NCBI GenBank assembly: GCA_036172245.1
Contig: JAYWIR010000004.1
Location: 3,348,001 to 3,412,000, forward strand
DNA length: 64,000 nt
Source: Raillietiella orientalis
Taxonomy: Eukaryota
Reading direction: 5' to 3'
This document shows, in pieces, positions 1-13,783 of this stretch; positions within the stretch are counted from its first letter, which is position 1; each line of letters begins with the position of its first letter. The notes under the pieces were generated by a model that saw only the letters and a list, made by a program, of their open reading frames with translations, did not search any database and was not told the origin of the DNA. The translations under genes were made by a program, and so were the position numbers.

Positions 1-78
1 GTGAATGAGGACATTAACGAAATCAGTCATCGAGCTGAGCATAAAACAAATGGAAGAACCAGGACTGGGCATCTTTAC

Positions 79-1727
79 CTTCAAGTATTGCTTTTCCTCA
101 TCCCTGGTCCAATTTTCCAACACTTTCGCTTCTATCCTTGGCATCTGACGGCTGAACAGGATTGTTGCATCGAAAAATTTTAGGAATACGCCTACAATTT
201 CATCAGCATTGGGAACGAGCACGAGGCACTGATTTTCCACAACTTGATGAATTATAAACCCCGGGTGAGTTTTTAGATTCTTCTGAGCAAGAATATCAGC
301 TAACAATCGGCTAACCTTCTAAAGTAACTCACATGCTCGTGACAAATGAAGCCGGTGTAGCCTTCCAAAGATGACATGCAAAGGGACTGTAGTTGCAATT
401 CCATTAATACAGAAACAGAAGTGCAAAATTCCACTGTTTTCATTCTTGATGAACTGATTATGGATTTCCTTTGCTTTTTAGCTTGCATTATTGTTTGATA
501 TATTGATGAATACCAGTTATTCATCAAGTAATGCTTTGAGTATTCCAAACTGCTTTGTATTAAACTTCCAAAGTCTTGCAGTGGAATGCCTTCCTCCTTT
601 TCACGAAGGATTTCCGTATTTAGCAATCTTAGGTGTCTGGAACAAGGAACGGTAAGCAGCCGGCTAGGTAATTTTCCCATCGAATATCCTTTCAATTTCT
701 TGATTTATCACTGATCTTGTGCTGAAGCGATTTTAAGCGAAGGGCACAGTGCAAATGGGGATTGAACAAAGTAAAATGTGCAATGTGTTCCACTCATTTC
801 TAAATTCAAGATGCATGACGGTACCGTGAAAAACACCTACCCGAATTTCTGATGCCATGTTGATAGAATTTCTTGAATGTACGGATTGAAAAGAGCTAGT
901 CTGCTCGCAACTGCTTCTTTGATTTTCGCAAACCGATTTTTCCTCAGTAAAAGTGATCTTTGGGAGATTTCTAAATATGCTGTGGAATCTGCTGGTACAG
1001 CGATTGCGGTAAGATCTTTCAACACGAAGTCAACAATGGACTTCTTCACACTCAGTGAATACTCCTCTTCGATTTCTTGGAATAGTTCGTTGATTTGCTG
1101 CGCGTACAACTTCTTATATCTTTTAGAAACTAATTTCAGCATATGATTCATCCATTCTTTGGATAAAGGTGATACGTGAGAAGTATCCATTCCATACAAG
1201 ATATAGTAATAATATCTTAAAAGATTTTTTTCTTCAGTAGATAAACTGTCTCCAGGGATCTCTGCAGCTGGAGGACTCTTCACGAACTTATCAAGAAGAT
1301 TGTCAAATTCTACTTCTTCGGGAATATCAAGCAGAAACTTCACCAGCGATTCTCGGAATTTTCTTCTATCGTTCTGAATCGTATTCGTAACGTTGAGCAT
1401 CTAAAATTCCACACATGCGTTGTTAGCAACAGGAAAACAAGCAAATTCAAACGAGCCTTTATAATTAGACCTTACTCTGGATAGCAAATTGGTAGGCATC
1501 TCCTTCTTCTGACGTTTATGTAATATGAAATTTGCATTAATCGTTCTTTTGGTGGGTATTTTCGATGTCCTTTTTTCTTCAGATTGCTCCTCAGCTTCAT
1601 GCGTTTGTGCTATTTCCTGTTTTCTCAGAAAAAATGGTTGTGGTTCTTCGGTCCAAGCTGGAAGATCCTCTCCCAAATTTGGCAGAGAATCTCGAGGTTT
1701 CCTTTTACTTTTGGAAGTAGTATACAT
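79..1727 (-). CDS. DNAH7: Axonemal inner-arm dynein heavy chain, DNAH7-like, N-terminal part (continues beyond the left edge)
   Basis: Frame-consistent GT-AG exons 1727-1476, 1400-841, 636-333 and 282-79. The protein contains LRYYYYILYGMDTSHVSPL..EEYSLSVKKSIVDFVLKD, WHQKFGHLRLL and HPGFII..MPRIEAK, which match the DNAH7 N-terminal stem as I recall it (RYYYYIHHGIDT..LSVRKSIVDFVLKD, HPGFIM..VPRVETK). Start ATG at 1727 is tentative. Confidence 0.85.
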
Positions 1728-4529
1728 AACTGAAACATACGATGGGTATGCTGAAACCTGAATCTTCAGAAACCCATCCCTGTAAATTCGTTCAGTTACT
1801 AATCTTTGTAGATCTATCTATCACCTTGATTATTTCCCCCCTTTTCGATGGAATGAACTACAAGAATTTTGGAAACGTTCGCGAAAATCCCCTTTCCCAC
1901 TTTCATGTGGAGAATTTATCATTTTTCCAAGGACCGCAACACTTCCCTAACACATGAGCATGTTGATCGCGTGATGTAATTAGGAATAACAGATGTTTCA
2001 GTATCATAGCTTCGTTTATGGATAGATGTATTTTCGATTCTACTTTATTGAAATTTAATCTACACTTTTTTAATCAGTAGTGAAATTGATTATTTTTCAG
2101 GTGTCTTATATCCATGACTTTATAATCGCGACATAGCTGTTGTCTTCATTGCTTGGAAAAGGGGGTGAGTCGCATCAGTCCAAGGTAATAAGCACCTATA
2201 ATGATCAACAACATATCTTACACGTTTTGAACTATGTAGAAATTCAAAACGCTTGAATGTTCTGTTTTTTTACTGTGCCTCAGGGTGCCTACCGGCATCC
2301 TGAGACAAAACACTAGGTTGCTCGACAGCGGCAAGCACATGTTACCGTTTCAACTTGCATTAGCTATTTTTCACACGGAATAGTCAAGTGGTAGGTCACA
2401 AAAAATTATGCCTGCTTCTAAACGGTTGTTGCTCACTATTTCTCCCTTAGAGAGCTCAGAAAACGAAGGAAATGTCTTCTCTTATGATTCAGGAGTAAAC
2501 TGATACTCTCGATCAGTTGAAGGCGCCCCTGAAGGTGTTGTGGTCCATCTTGAAAATATAATCACTAGGATGAAACAACCTGTGAAAATCTCGAATGATT
2601 CATGTATCTTACTTTCACCTGCTTTCCGTTCACTACCACTGGTTAAAAAAAAAAAATGCCAAGATTTTTCATCAAGGTTCCATTCAAAATGTAAATAGTC
2701 TTGCTCATATCTTGATCGATGCATATCATGAGCAATAAAACATTACTGTTATCTGATAATCAGTGAATATAACCGATAGTTCCGTCAGAGAATCATAGTA
2801 AATCTCTTTTTTTGGAAGAAAAAAAAAAAAAATGCTATCGAGTTCTTAAGAACTTGGTTTGATAAATTCTCTTATCACATATTAATTTAGACGCTCTACA
2901 AACCTTCATTAGGGATGGATTCCCCGCTCAGTTTAAAGAATTTCAAGACTTCAGTAGCAATCAAAGGAATTTCCGGTACGTATATCAAAGTAATATACAT
3001 TATGAAGAAACGAGTGAGAACATGAAAATAATACAATGCATAAATCCTTAATTTTTGCATTTTTACACTTGAATTGTACTTTGTTTCTACGCGATAATAT
3101 ATAGGTGAATTTTAATTCTTGAGATGCAGTATTTGATTATGAATACAGAAATAGGTTGAATGGCTGATTACAGGGAAACCTTGCTAATTATATGCCAGCA
3201 GCTGCAGTTAAAAATGAGAATGGAACTAACTTCTTATTTGCAAAAGGAAAATAAGCTTTTGTATGGAGGCTATAGAAAGATCATTCGTAAGTAATACAGG
3301 TTCACATATCAGTAGTATGAAAAATAAATTATTTGCAAAATAGAATTGGCTACAGACGGCAGAAAAATAAAAGATGGACAGGGGGGACCTAAATGATTAG
3401 GCAACGGTGGACAACTATGAGAGCAGACTTAGTTTTGCGCAGCCTGTAGAAATTTCTTTCTTTAATGTGTCGCAAATCGTTACCTCGGTTAATTAGGATT
3501 GGATTATTTCCTCAATAAAGATTTATCACGAGTTCCAACCAAGATACAGTCGTGATCTAAGCTCAGGTAGTCAGTTAAACTCCGATGGAAATAAAAAAGC
3601 AATTTAACAAAATGAAGTTCATACATCAGAAAGCCATTTCAATTCCTTTGAAGTTGTCAAAGTAGGCAGAAGGAATAAAGAACGCATTCTTTATTCGTAA
3701 GAATCCAAAGGATTCTTTATTCCTACATCCCGATCTGAACAGAGCAATTTCTCGAATAGTCTCACTTTTTTAAATCTCTAGTAAACTCATAATTGGGTAC
3801 AATCATCTAGAATGAGAGCTGGCGACGAGAATGGACAAGTGAAACAAATGACTTCGGTTGAAATACTGTGGAGTGGCATGAAGTCAGGTGAGTAAGCACC
3901 CTCAGCGAAAGCTACGAAAAAGGGGCAACCTCCAAACGGAACATAAAGTGATTGCCCAGCGTTGTTTTCCTTTCAGAATTTCAATGCTTGATTGTCATTA
4001 TTTATGTGCTCATGTGTGTGTATCTTTATACATATACACATACATACGTGCGGGTATATTTGGAAAGTTCTTCGAAAATGTACACCAGGAATTAATTTTC
4101 TATCGAAGAATTGCAAAAAGCGGGGGCTTGGATCGATAATTCCTCTGCATAAAACTACCTGTAAGAAAGCGTAATACCTTTATACTTAGTTTGACTTTAG
4201 TACAAAGACTTTAGTAATTTTTCGTTCAACTGACGGGTCGTACAAGTACGCAGTATCTTTGAACAATGCGAAGGTATACATAACGCTCTGTTAGATTTTC
4301 ATTATTATGTATCATTATTATTAATGTCAGAAAGTATCTTGATTCCTTTGCATCTAAATCAAGCCATCTCGAATGGCCCATAGAAAAAAAAGCTGATTGT
4401 CTGAAAACATTAAGTGTTGAGTAATTTATAATCTGTATATCCTGAAATTTCCATAGGAAAACTCGAACAAACATCTGAGATCCTTTCTCAGAAAAGTTGC
4501 AAACACGGTCTTACACCAGCAGATCTATG

Positions 4530-5310
4530 TAGCTTTCAGTATGTGCAGGGAACATGAAAACAGACTCTGTTTATGAATTCCAGTAGATCTACATTAAATG
4601 GCTTCGTGATGTGTTGTAATCGATCGAGTACTAATAGATTTTGGCAGTTTCCAAATTCCATAAAAAGTGGAACCTGAAACTGTCTTCCAAAAGAAAATCG
4701 AAAAGAAAGAGCACTTCTCTCTCGTGCCACTTGCTGTGTGTGTGTTTGGGAATTGGGTAGGAATCATCCTCCAAAAGAACAAATAGAACGACACACCTTT
4801 GCAGTCTACTGCAATGGTACTTTTCAAACCCGACTCCAGTCAAGACGGGAGAGTTGGCTCGTTTGACTTGATAACCAGAAAGAAACAAAATTCCGCAACA
4901 AAAGGACCCTCATGGACATCCTGTAATCTGAACCATGTGGATATCCTTTAGTCTTACAAATCAAAGGAAATTCACAGAATGCACTTGAGAAGCATGAATA
5001 CCTATGATGATTATCTCACTCTCGCAAGTGCTGGTTTATCGAGTTTTCTTAGGTACCGTGACAACAGCATCGAATAATGCAGTCGGAACGGGAAGTTTAC
5101 ACGTTGCAAAACGTTCAGATAAACACCAAAGCCTTCCGCAAAGCCTCATATGAGAAACAACTGCAAGTGGAAATCCGTTGCAAACAAGTTTTTTTTTTTT
5201 CAAGAAACAAGGCGTTGTGACTTTTTCTCATCACGATAGATACGATTCTAAAAGGTAACAATCTAACATCGTTGAAATAGGTGTTTAGAAAGGAGAAGCA
5301 CATCAACGAA
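4530..5310 (-). mobile_element. Degraded Ty3/Gypsy pol relic (RT-RNase H)
   Basis: Broken frames give RLLPFRIVS (RLPFG), NSPVL..KSTIAVDCKGV (PVL..AxDAS.G), HEREVL (ERE.LA), FGRQFQV (YGR.F) and DRLQH, in Gypsy order. Confidence 0.6.
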
Positions 5311-6659
5311 GATTACTTCTTACTTTCGAACCCAACCCTTTCAATCTGTATTTTTTCAGCAGTTCTTTCAGGAAAACCTGCATCTAAAGCAACTACAGTG
5401 CTAAAATGAAGTGCGAGAATTCTGAACCTCACGCTTGAAAGCTAGCTTTCGAAAAGTGTTCGTGCCAATCTAGATAACTGAGGCATCTTGGAAATCATTG
5501 TACAAGAATTTTGTATGATCTACTGGCACATCACGAAACATTAAATTGAATTCAGACACAAACGATGAGGAAAGACTATTTGAGGACCATCTTAGATTCT
5601 TTTGGATGCATTATAGATCAGTAAGAATCATTTAATTGGAAGAATCAAGCAAATCTCGAAATATGTAATGAAAAAGATGAGTATTCAAATGTATACAAGA
5701 CATTTGTGAATACACATTTATAAAAAAAGAAAGTTAATTTCTTTGTAATTTTAGTACGATGTCCATTCGTAATGTTGATATAGTTATATAACTTATGTGC
5801 CATATATTCATGTGACTGACAAACACCAAAAGTTCTGCACCCATGTCTTTTTCATTTTTAGACCATGGTGCTCATGTAACAGCGTATGTTCTCGAAATAC
5901 CATCAACTCATTCCAAGATCTCGAGGAAATCCAAGAGAGAAACTGACTGAAAAATGAGTTCCAAAGGGCAGTAAAATCCAAATCTTCTTCACAGTTCCTT
6001 ACAAACGAATGCCCGATAGCGAAGATGATCCCTAAGATGTGTAAGGGATCAGTCTGGAGGAAAGTAATCGAATAATGAGTGCGACGAATCTTCCGAGTTG
6101 ATGCCCGATTCTTCTTCAGTACAAGTGCTTAGAATAGAAAAGAAAGGAAAAATAATCACTATTCATTAGAAATAATATGATCACAGAGTAATCCTCGGAA
6201 TCTCTAAGGCATGGACATTGCACGATCTCCTAATCAGGAATATAGCCAGGACTTCAGACCAACAGTCGTGAATCCATGCACACGTCTGCTGATTCAAGAC
6301 GTGTCCAGGTTTAACCACAAATCTCATATAATTAAAGTATTAACTTGGGTTTCCATGTTGCTAAGCATTTTGGAAAATATTCCATAAACCTCAGAAGAAG
6401 TTGTTATTTTGTGTGTGTGTGTGTGTGTTTGCTTTTGCTTGTTTTTTTTTTTTGGTTGCATATGTCCCTGCTGTTCTCCTTCAAGAGTCGAGCCTGTTAA
6501 ACTCATTTTGCTTATTTGCATGGCAGTGGATTCCTTTGCAGCATTTTATGAACCATAGATTTCATCATATGAAAAAAACGAATAGATATTATTTCGACTT
6601 AAGCTTAATTTCATCCAGTCACTATAGTCTGCTAGAATAGGTCATGCATTTGGAAAACC

Positions 6660-8470
6660 ACTTATTGAAAATTCCAACGGCAAGTCAAATTCGAAAAGCT
6701 CATTAAAGGAAGAAGGAACCGAAAGATAATTTTTTCTTCCATATGTATAGAGAGAGAGAGAACAGGCCAACTCCTAAAAACTGAGCCAAGACAGCTGAAG
6801 CTCATGTCCTGGAATTTGCTCAATGCCTCTGCTGAAGCACTGAGAGAATAGCACCCATTCTTAGATGATATAGAGATTTTCGATTTGAGCGTACCATTCT
6901 GCACTTTGGTAAATCATGGGAATGGCATGATTAATAATTTTCATTCTAGTTTAAAAAACGAATCCATAGCATTCATTCGTCATTGAATCCAATTCAATAG
7001 TAAATGAATTGGATTTGATGTAAAGTGAATTACTCTTTAAATAGAAATGGATATCAATCATTAATATGAATAGGAAGTGATCCTGTGGATGAGGGAATTG
7101 AAACGTGCACTTTGTTTCGAAACTTGCTTAAACTTGCTCGTTGATGTCTACAAGAACCGTGAATTGCCGTTTAGAAGGTCGTGCTCTGCATTGCTCAAAA
7201 GGAACAATTTTCTACCGATGCTCTCTCATTATATTTTAGAAACTGCAAGACGATCCAAAGGCACGTTTTCCCTCTCCTTGGCGTGTGCTGTGGGGAAAAT
7301 GGAACCGAGGCATCCGTTTCCCCATGCACAGACTCTTGCACTTCCGAGCACATTTTCCTATTAGGGATGAAACAGGTTCTACTCCCAGAAAGAACTGCCT
7401 ATGCACTACGGGAGACTGATGTCAAAATAAAGCTTACTTGCTTGCTTATTCCGGAGCTGGAAAGGTTCCTTCTACTCCCGTTCGTTTTGCGGTCATTTTC
7501 ACACAATTCGGTAAAAAGCTCTAGCAAATCTCTTCGTGTCTTTCGTCATCGCCCATGTTCGCAAACCTTCGACTCTCGAGAGTGCATGTAAATAAAAATG
7601 GCATTCATGCCCAGGAGCATCTCGGCAACTGGTTGATAAAATCAATCGATCAAACAGTCCATTCCGAGGCTCAGCTGTGTTCAGCAATGTTGGAGGATGC
7701 TTTCCAGAACGGGAACGGCTTGCAGCTCCACTGTGCTCTACGCCGCTGTTCCATAATTGATATCTTCAGCAGATTGCTGACACTTGATTCACGTTTTCAG
7801 TAGGATGAAAGAAAGCATTTAGCCTTTTTTGAGAGACGTATACAAACTTTTCATATAGCTAAGTCAATTTTCCAGTAAAGTCAATTGTCTTTTATTTTGT
7901 TCTTTTATAGCTGTCATTCCAATTGCGTAGGACGTTTTACCGTTTCTGATAAGCGGTTCCGCAGCACATTCGCGATTTTTTTTTTTTTTTTTCATTGCCA
8001 CTCTGTGTAACTTGAGATTCACTCATTTTTTGCGTTGCTAGGTCAGGTCGGGTCAGGCCAGGTTAGGAAGAGGAAAAAAATCAATGGCATAGCATCGTAC
8101 ACCTCGCCCTTCTTTGCTCTGGTTTGAAGTGAATGGAACATGACATTGCAGGCGCTGCTGGCTGTGCTTTGGAGTGATGCATGCCCAGCAGGACGAAAAT
8201 CAAAGACGAATGTGATCGGGAGTGGTCGTACCTGCAGAGAATGTAATGTGATGGCAATGCTTGACCCAGTGACGTAGCCAACTTCAGCTCCAAACAAGCA
8301 AGACGTTACTTGAAAGACAAAAACCAACGGCTGGATTGGAACTTACCATCTCAGATATCCAAAACCAAGTTCTTGATATACTTTTGAAGCTGAAAACAAA
8401 AGCTGATAAATAAATAGCCCGCAAATAATGAAAATTACATGATTTTGTCTTGGAAGCGTGAGCCAAAATC
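6660..8470 (-). mobile_element. Degraded RTE-like non-LTR retrotransposon RT region
   Basis: Degenerate motifs in the expected order: AITLHS..FDFRPAGHAS..KKGEVYDAMPLIF (RT domains 1-3), SGVEHSG (SGVRQG), SFSCLGSV (FxYLGS), and a post-RT segment SIHMEEKIIFRFLLP. Confidence 0.5.
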
Positions 8471-10339
8471 ATGAGGAATCATTAGAATCGGAAACTGCTG
8501 ATAGGACACTGATGCTGCTCTCACAAGAAATAGATAATTGATGTTCCATGGTGAGTATCTTGCAGAAATTGGATTGGATTTGATGTGCCTCTACCATGTT
8601 TCTGCATCTACCAGGCGTGTATGCTTTTAGAAGCGAAAGTGTTTAATTTATAGAGAGATTCAAGTGAATCAGACCAATGGAGCAGAGAGCAGAAGTTTCA
8701 AAGGAACCTCCAACGACTCGTTTAAACGGTGGCTTTTCCATACAGAACAGTGCTGACTCACTGACTTCATAGTACAGCATCGTACATCTCGCCCTTATTT
8801 GACTGCTCGGATTCACTGTATTTATGCAGAAATAGTTATCTAATTACTGAATTGAACTATTCAGGTTGCCTATTTTGTATATCGGCGATTATCGTGACTT
8901 TACGTGCTTTTTACTGTCGGTGCTTGACTTCCGTGAAGCTATAGGTGGTCAAGAGGAAAGAAAGACATCTTAGAAGCAATTTTTCTGGAGACACTAATAT
9001 TTCAATTGTTTTGAATTTGAATTTAACTATGTAAGCGCATCAGGGTGTCATCTGATGAATTTTGCGGTACCTCATTGCAATTTGAGCTTAATTGCTGACT
9101 TCATTTCTATTAGACATTGTAATGCTTTAAAGAGCAAGCGTGCCCACCCGTTGTCGTTCAAACAGTGCTCGGATTATACGAAAGAAACTTCAGAAAGAGT
9201 ATGCAAGAGCAGCCAATTATCATCAAAGATGCTCATATTACATGATTGTCAGTCATATCCTGAAATCAAATATAAAGTAAAAAAAAAAAAAAGCAAGTTG
9301 ATAGAAAGAGACATAAAAGAGAAATTCGCTCAGAGTCCAATAATTGGTTTCCTGTGAGGGTATTCAGATATTTAAATCAAGAGGTAGTGGCTAGATTTTA
9401 GAGATGTACTTCAGGATCAAGCTTGGGGGGTATTCACTTTTCTAAAGAAACATTTCCCGACTCCCTTCCCAAACTTTTTCATTATTAATTTGATGTCCAT
9501 TTTCATGCTTTTATTTGAATAACAAATTTGTTTGTTAGATCCGGAATATTTTGAAGCCAAATAATCCAATTACTGTTCATAACACGGAATAACTGTTCCG
9601 AAGCTGGAAGATTTGTTCCTTGAATGCCAAAGAAGTGAAGCAGAATCCAAGCGGGAAAGTTGGGTTTTCATAATTTCCGTTTCATGGAACTTGTTGTTCT
9701 AGATAAGAGGAATTCTGTGATGTATGGTCTGCGATGTATCTTTGCAAAAGCACTGTCACTCCAAAAAGAACGGACGGAAAATTTCTTAGCTTTTTTGGAA
9801 TCTAGGAATCTTCACTCCTGAGAGCACAGGCACACTATGCTAGTAGTACAGTAGAGAGAATAGACAAATGGTTCCCTTCGTAGCTACAATAAAAAATTTC
9901 ATTTACCATCCTATTTTGACGTACAGATCGGAATTGGGTGAGGCTACACAGCAACAAGAAATGTGCTTCCCTTAATTTTTTCACTTCCCTGACTGCTGCA
10001 CTGGAAGAATGGTAGAGCTTCATTTACTGATCACACTGTTTTCAGAAGACGTGCTTGACATAGCGAGCAGAAATAATATTTTTTGCTTTCTTATCACGAT
10101 TCTATTCGTCAAAAGAATGGAGCGATTTTTTCCTTCCTGATGATTAAAGAATTTGAGAGAAAAAATTCGATAGCATGCCAATTCCAGCACGCTTTAAAGT
10201 TTCTTCTCTGCTACTTGGAAACATCAAATGCTTCGTATAAAACACGATATGCTTCACTCTGCATACCTCTAAATTGGTGCTGCATGAACTGAAACCATGC
10301 TATTGCACAGATTTTCACAAAACCATCCCTCAAGTGTAT

Positions 10340-11400
10340 TAACTAACTACTCCCCTTTCCTCGGAATCGAACCTCTTTTTAATGAATGTAAATTGTTCTT
10401 TTAGCTGCCGCATCATACACTCCTTTGTTCGGCATTCACATCGCTTGGACACGGGAAAAATATCGAGCAATGATACTTTGGAATTGAATATTTTCCACAG
10501 AATTCTTTCTGGATGAACCATTCTCTGCTTAATCCTCTGTTGCTCCAGATGCATGCTCACAAACACATCATTGGATCCAGTCATCATCAGAAAGCAACTG
10601 AACATCTCTGCAGCAACAGATGACAAGCAACATGCTCAAATGCGTTTCTTCGTGTGCAACTGATCGGTGAGTGGTTGTAGGTTGTGTTGAAGTACCCTGG
10701 GAGCAGACGTGGATCAAGTGTCGCCCTTAGGAACTTTCAGCTTATTGAATTTTCCCAGCAATTCATCTTTCCAATTTCACGGGCTCTCGTTTTCCAATCG
10801 TCCAAGTCGATGAATCCGAATTTGAGAAGATTTTTCATGGATGGAATTTTGTGTGTAGCCATCTGTACTGTCTCATCTTGATGCATTAATGATGTTTCTT
10901 CGACTCACGGAAAACGTTTTGCTACATTCCGATGTTGCATACTGGACAGATGGGTCTTCAGAAGTTCAGTTATGTAATGGCACAAATTAATGATGTACCC
11001 CGCTTAATATCGAAATGCTTGAAACCTATTAGAAATCAAGTAGAGGGTGTGGAACATCTCGAAAGGGTTCAAAAGATCTTAGGAGGCATTTGCTAATGGA
11101 ATAAGAAGGACTCCGGCTAAGCGGCTAGCGAGAAAACTGTCACTGATGTACTTCTAAAGTGAACATTAGCCAAAAATGTGTCGCCACAAGAAATTCACAG
11201 GCTGCTACCTGCATTTCCCATCTAAGAATCTATCAGGAATGTTTGCAAGCTTCCATAACTTGGCAGTGCCTGCACTGGAAGCGCAAGTCTGGGTCTTCAA
11301 AACAAAATCTTAGGTGGCTGGATAGCGGTCAAGAATCTATTCGCCATCTGTATGATGAAGTCTCTGGATAGCATGCCGAAAGCATTTAGCTTGCCCACTA
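10340..11400 (-). mobile_element. Degraded Ty3/Gypsy pol relic (RNase H end - integrase)
   Basis: LRWEMQVAACEF (RW.L.L..YDF), LLSDDDWIQ (SDNGPQ), and ggattaagcagagaatggtt, a frameshifted GLAERMV. Confidence 0.55.
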
Positions 11401-12329
11401 CTTCTGAAGGAACGTGCTCAAAGCAGAGAATTCAATCTGCTCCTTAAAAGAAAAAAACGAAAAAACACTTTAACAATTCAAACTGAATAAAAATTAAAGT
11501 AGTTTCAAAAATGGAAACGGAAAACTGTGAATTACGCTGCCACTAACTCGTATGGAAAAAAATTGGATTAGAGAGAGGTTTTAAGGTTAGAAAGCAGAAC
11601 AGCGCAGCAAGCAATGAGCAAAGTTAAGCAAAAGAACACGTATGATTGCAATCCTTAATTAGATTATTTTATACAAATAACATTAGATTCTACCTCTGCG
11701 AATCGAAAGATTGATTTTTGACTAGCGTCTTCCATCCATCAAAATCCACGTTGTTTTGAAGATGAAAAACCAAATGGAAAAAACTGATATGAAAATTGTT
11801 CGCCAACTGTGCCTGAGGCACACTCGGTTCTATCTAGTAGCAAACAGCACTGGGTTGTAACGAGCACAGAAGGACTATATTGCCTCTTATGAGTAAATCC
11901 AGGAAAAGCACAAATCACACGTAAATGCATAATAAGCGATCGCATTGTAGGATAGGATATCCTACAACATTAGGATATTGAATGAAGCACACAAGCATGG
12001 ATACATATCTTGAAAAAATGCTGTTGATATACATGATATACGGAATTTTAGAAACTGCATTGACTGTTGAAAATATTTAGATTTGTATATATGTTATTGC
12101 CTTGTTTATTTCAAACGTTACTTGCGGTCGGAGTTTGTTTCACTGACTTTAATTAGATGTCTATAGGATTTCCTTTTGTTATAGTTTGAGCATAGAATAC
12201 TGTGTTGAGCATTTTTAAAAAGGTTCATTAACATCAGCATCGCATCTCGGACCTCTGGACGAGTTATTGATAGCTGATACTTTAGCTCTTTCTTCAGGGT
12301 TGATGACAATTCTAGGTCAACGGAGGTCA

Positions 12330-12700
12330 ACGGTCAAAAGATCCGTTGATTTTTTCCCGTAACATTTTACGTTAGTCGTCATCTGTAGATACTCCGAATG
12401 CTGTTGTTCATACCCCATCAGAAGTACAGACATATTCCCAGGCTCCTGTTTTATGCTGCTTCAGCCATTTAGAAGAACCATACTCGTCTTTCGTGTCCGA
12501 TGCCATGTTTTTCCAACACTCTTCGGATTCCAGCTTTCTCGCTGGCGTACAAGCTCATGCGTCATTTGTCAGTCATTACAAAATGAATTTTTAACGGAGG
12601 CTTGTATGATCAAAAATATTGCATGCCACGAATACCCAGGAAGTCCGACTCCTGTCGTTACATCCGCGAGCCTCTCGCTGCATGCGAAAACTTACTGTGT
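12330..12700 (-). mobile_element. RTE-like apurinic endonuclease relic
   Basis: RESWNPKSVGKHGIG resembles the RTE EN segment W..V.G.HG.G. Single motif only. Confidence 0.35.
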
Positions 12701-12832
12701 ATTTACGTACATTAAACAAAAGCATGCATTAAATTTATTTAATGGTAAATGGAAGGTGAAATTATCATCGGCTTGCTGTAGTCAAAAGCTCGTTATGCAT
12801 GTTTATTATGCCCGGGTTTTAAGGCACTCTAA

Positions 12833-13343
12833 AAAAATATCACGGAAACTCGTCACGGGGTATTTATGTCTTACAGTAACCTACTTTTAGACGAATGATG
12901 TTGTCGGGCGCGAAACTCATCGAGGACGTTGAGGACTGCTGTACGATTACAATGTGTGAAAGCATGAAATGCATTCGTGTACGCAGCAAGGAATCCGCAA
13001 AAGGAGAAAACATGTAGGTTTGGAGATTCTTACTGAAGACCGATGACACGGATTCGATTTCCACAGAAACCACATGATTTAAGCAACACCTAAAATGAAA
13101 ATGGGGAGCTTCTGGGATGAAAGGCAGTTGATAAGACCTACGTGCATCGATTTTGTCGTGCAATAAGATATTTTCGTCTAAAACGCATGACGATGATGAT
13201 TTTTTTTTACTTACTACTTGCAAAGAAAAATGAAAGGATGATATATTTCTCTTTAGCATTATGAATCTGCTCAGACAATCATTAAGAAACTAGAGTAACG
13301 TTTGAAACTGCGCAAGCAAAATGAACTTTTCCGTGATATTTTT
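12833..13343 (+). mobile_element. Internally deleted, decayed mariner-like element
   Basis: Perfect 16-bp inverted repeat: aaaaatatcacggaaa at 12833-12848 and tttccgtgatattttt at 13328-13343. Between them, VEDCCTITMCE..SKES and FLLKTDDT..KQ..W loosely match the mariner HTH and TGDETW regions. Confidence 0.35.
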
Positions 13344-13783
13344 AATGCTAATAATTTACCTGTACGCGTATGCATACATTCATTGGTACACTGGTACTTG
13401 CTTTAAATACAAAATGTGTTTAAAGCTTTCGAAATAATCCAGTGTTCATTCAATCCATGTATAGCTATGGGTAACTGAATGATTCCCCCCCCCCCTCCCC
13501 GTCCCCCGCCAATAAGCTGTATTTAATTATTGAATATTACCTCCATAATTGTCCACGGAGTTTATATTCAAAAATCAAGTGCAGTTTATTTGGTGGCTAT
13601 CAGCCATAAACAGAGAATGAATTTAAATGAATTCGTCGCGATATTTCTGCGAATGGATTGCAGTGATAGTAGAAATTATGCGTGTGTAACGAAGAGGTCG
13701 TTTCAGGTGTGCGTGATGTTTCATTACTCTTTGTTAAGCAAAATTACTATGGGAAATTAATCTGGAGGAAATAACTAGGAGAG

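Noticed and set aside
2223..2310. H/ACA snoRNA (two hairpins then ACA)
   Set aside because: No ANANNA H box between the hairpins, and the stems lack pseudouridylation pockets.
3671..3724. Nested inverted repeats around ggaataaagaa/ttctttattcc
   Set aside because: Short AT-rich quasi-palindrome, consistent with local template switching; no evidence of function.
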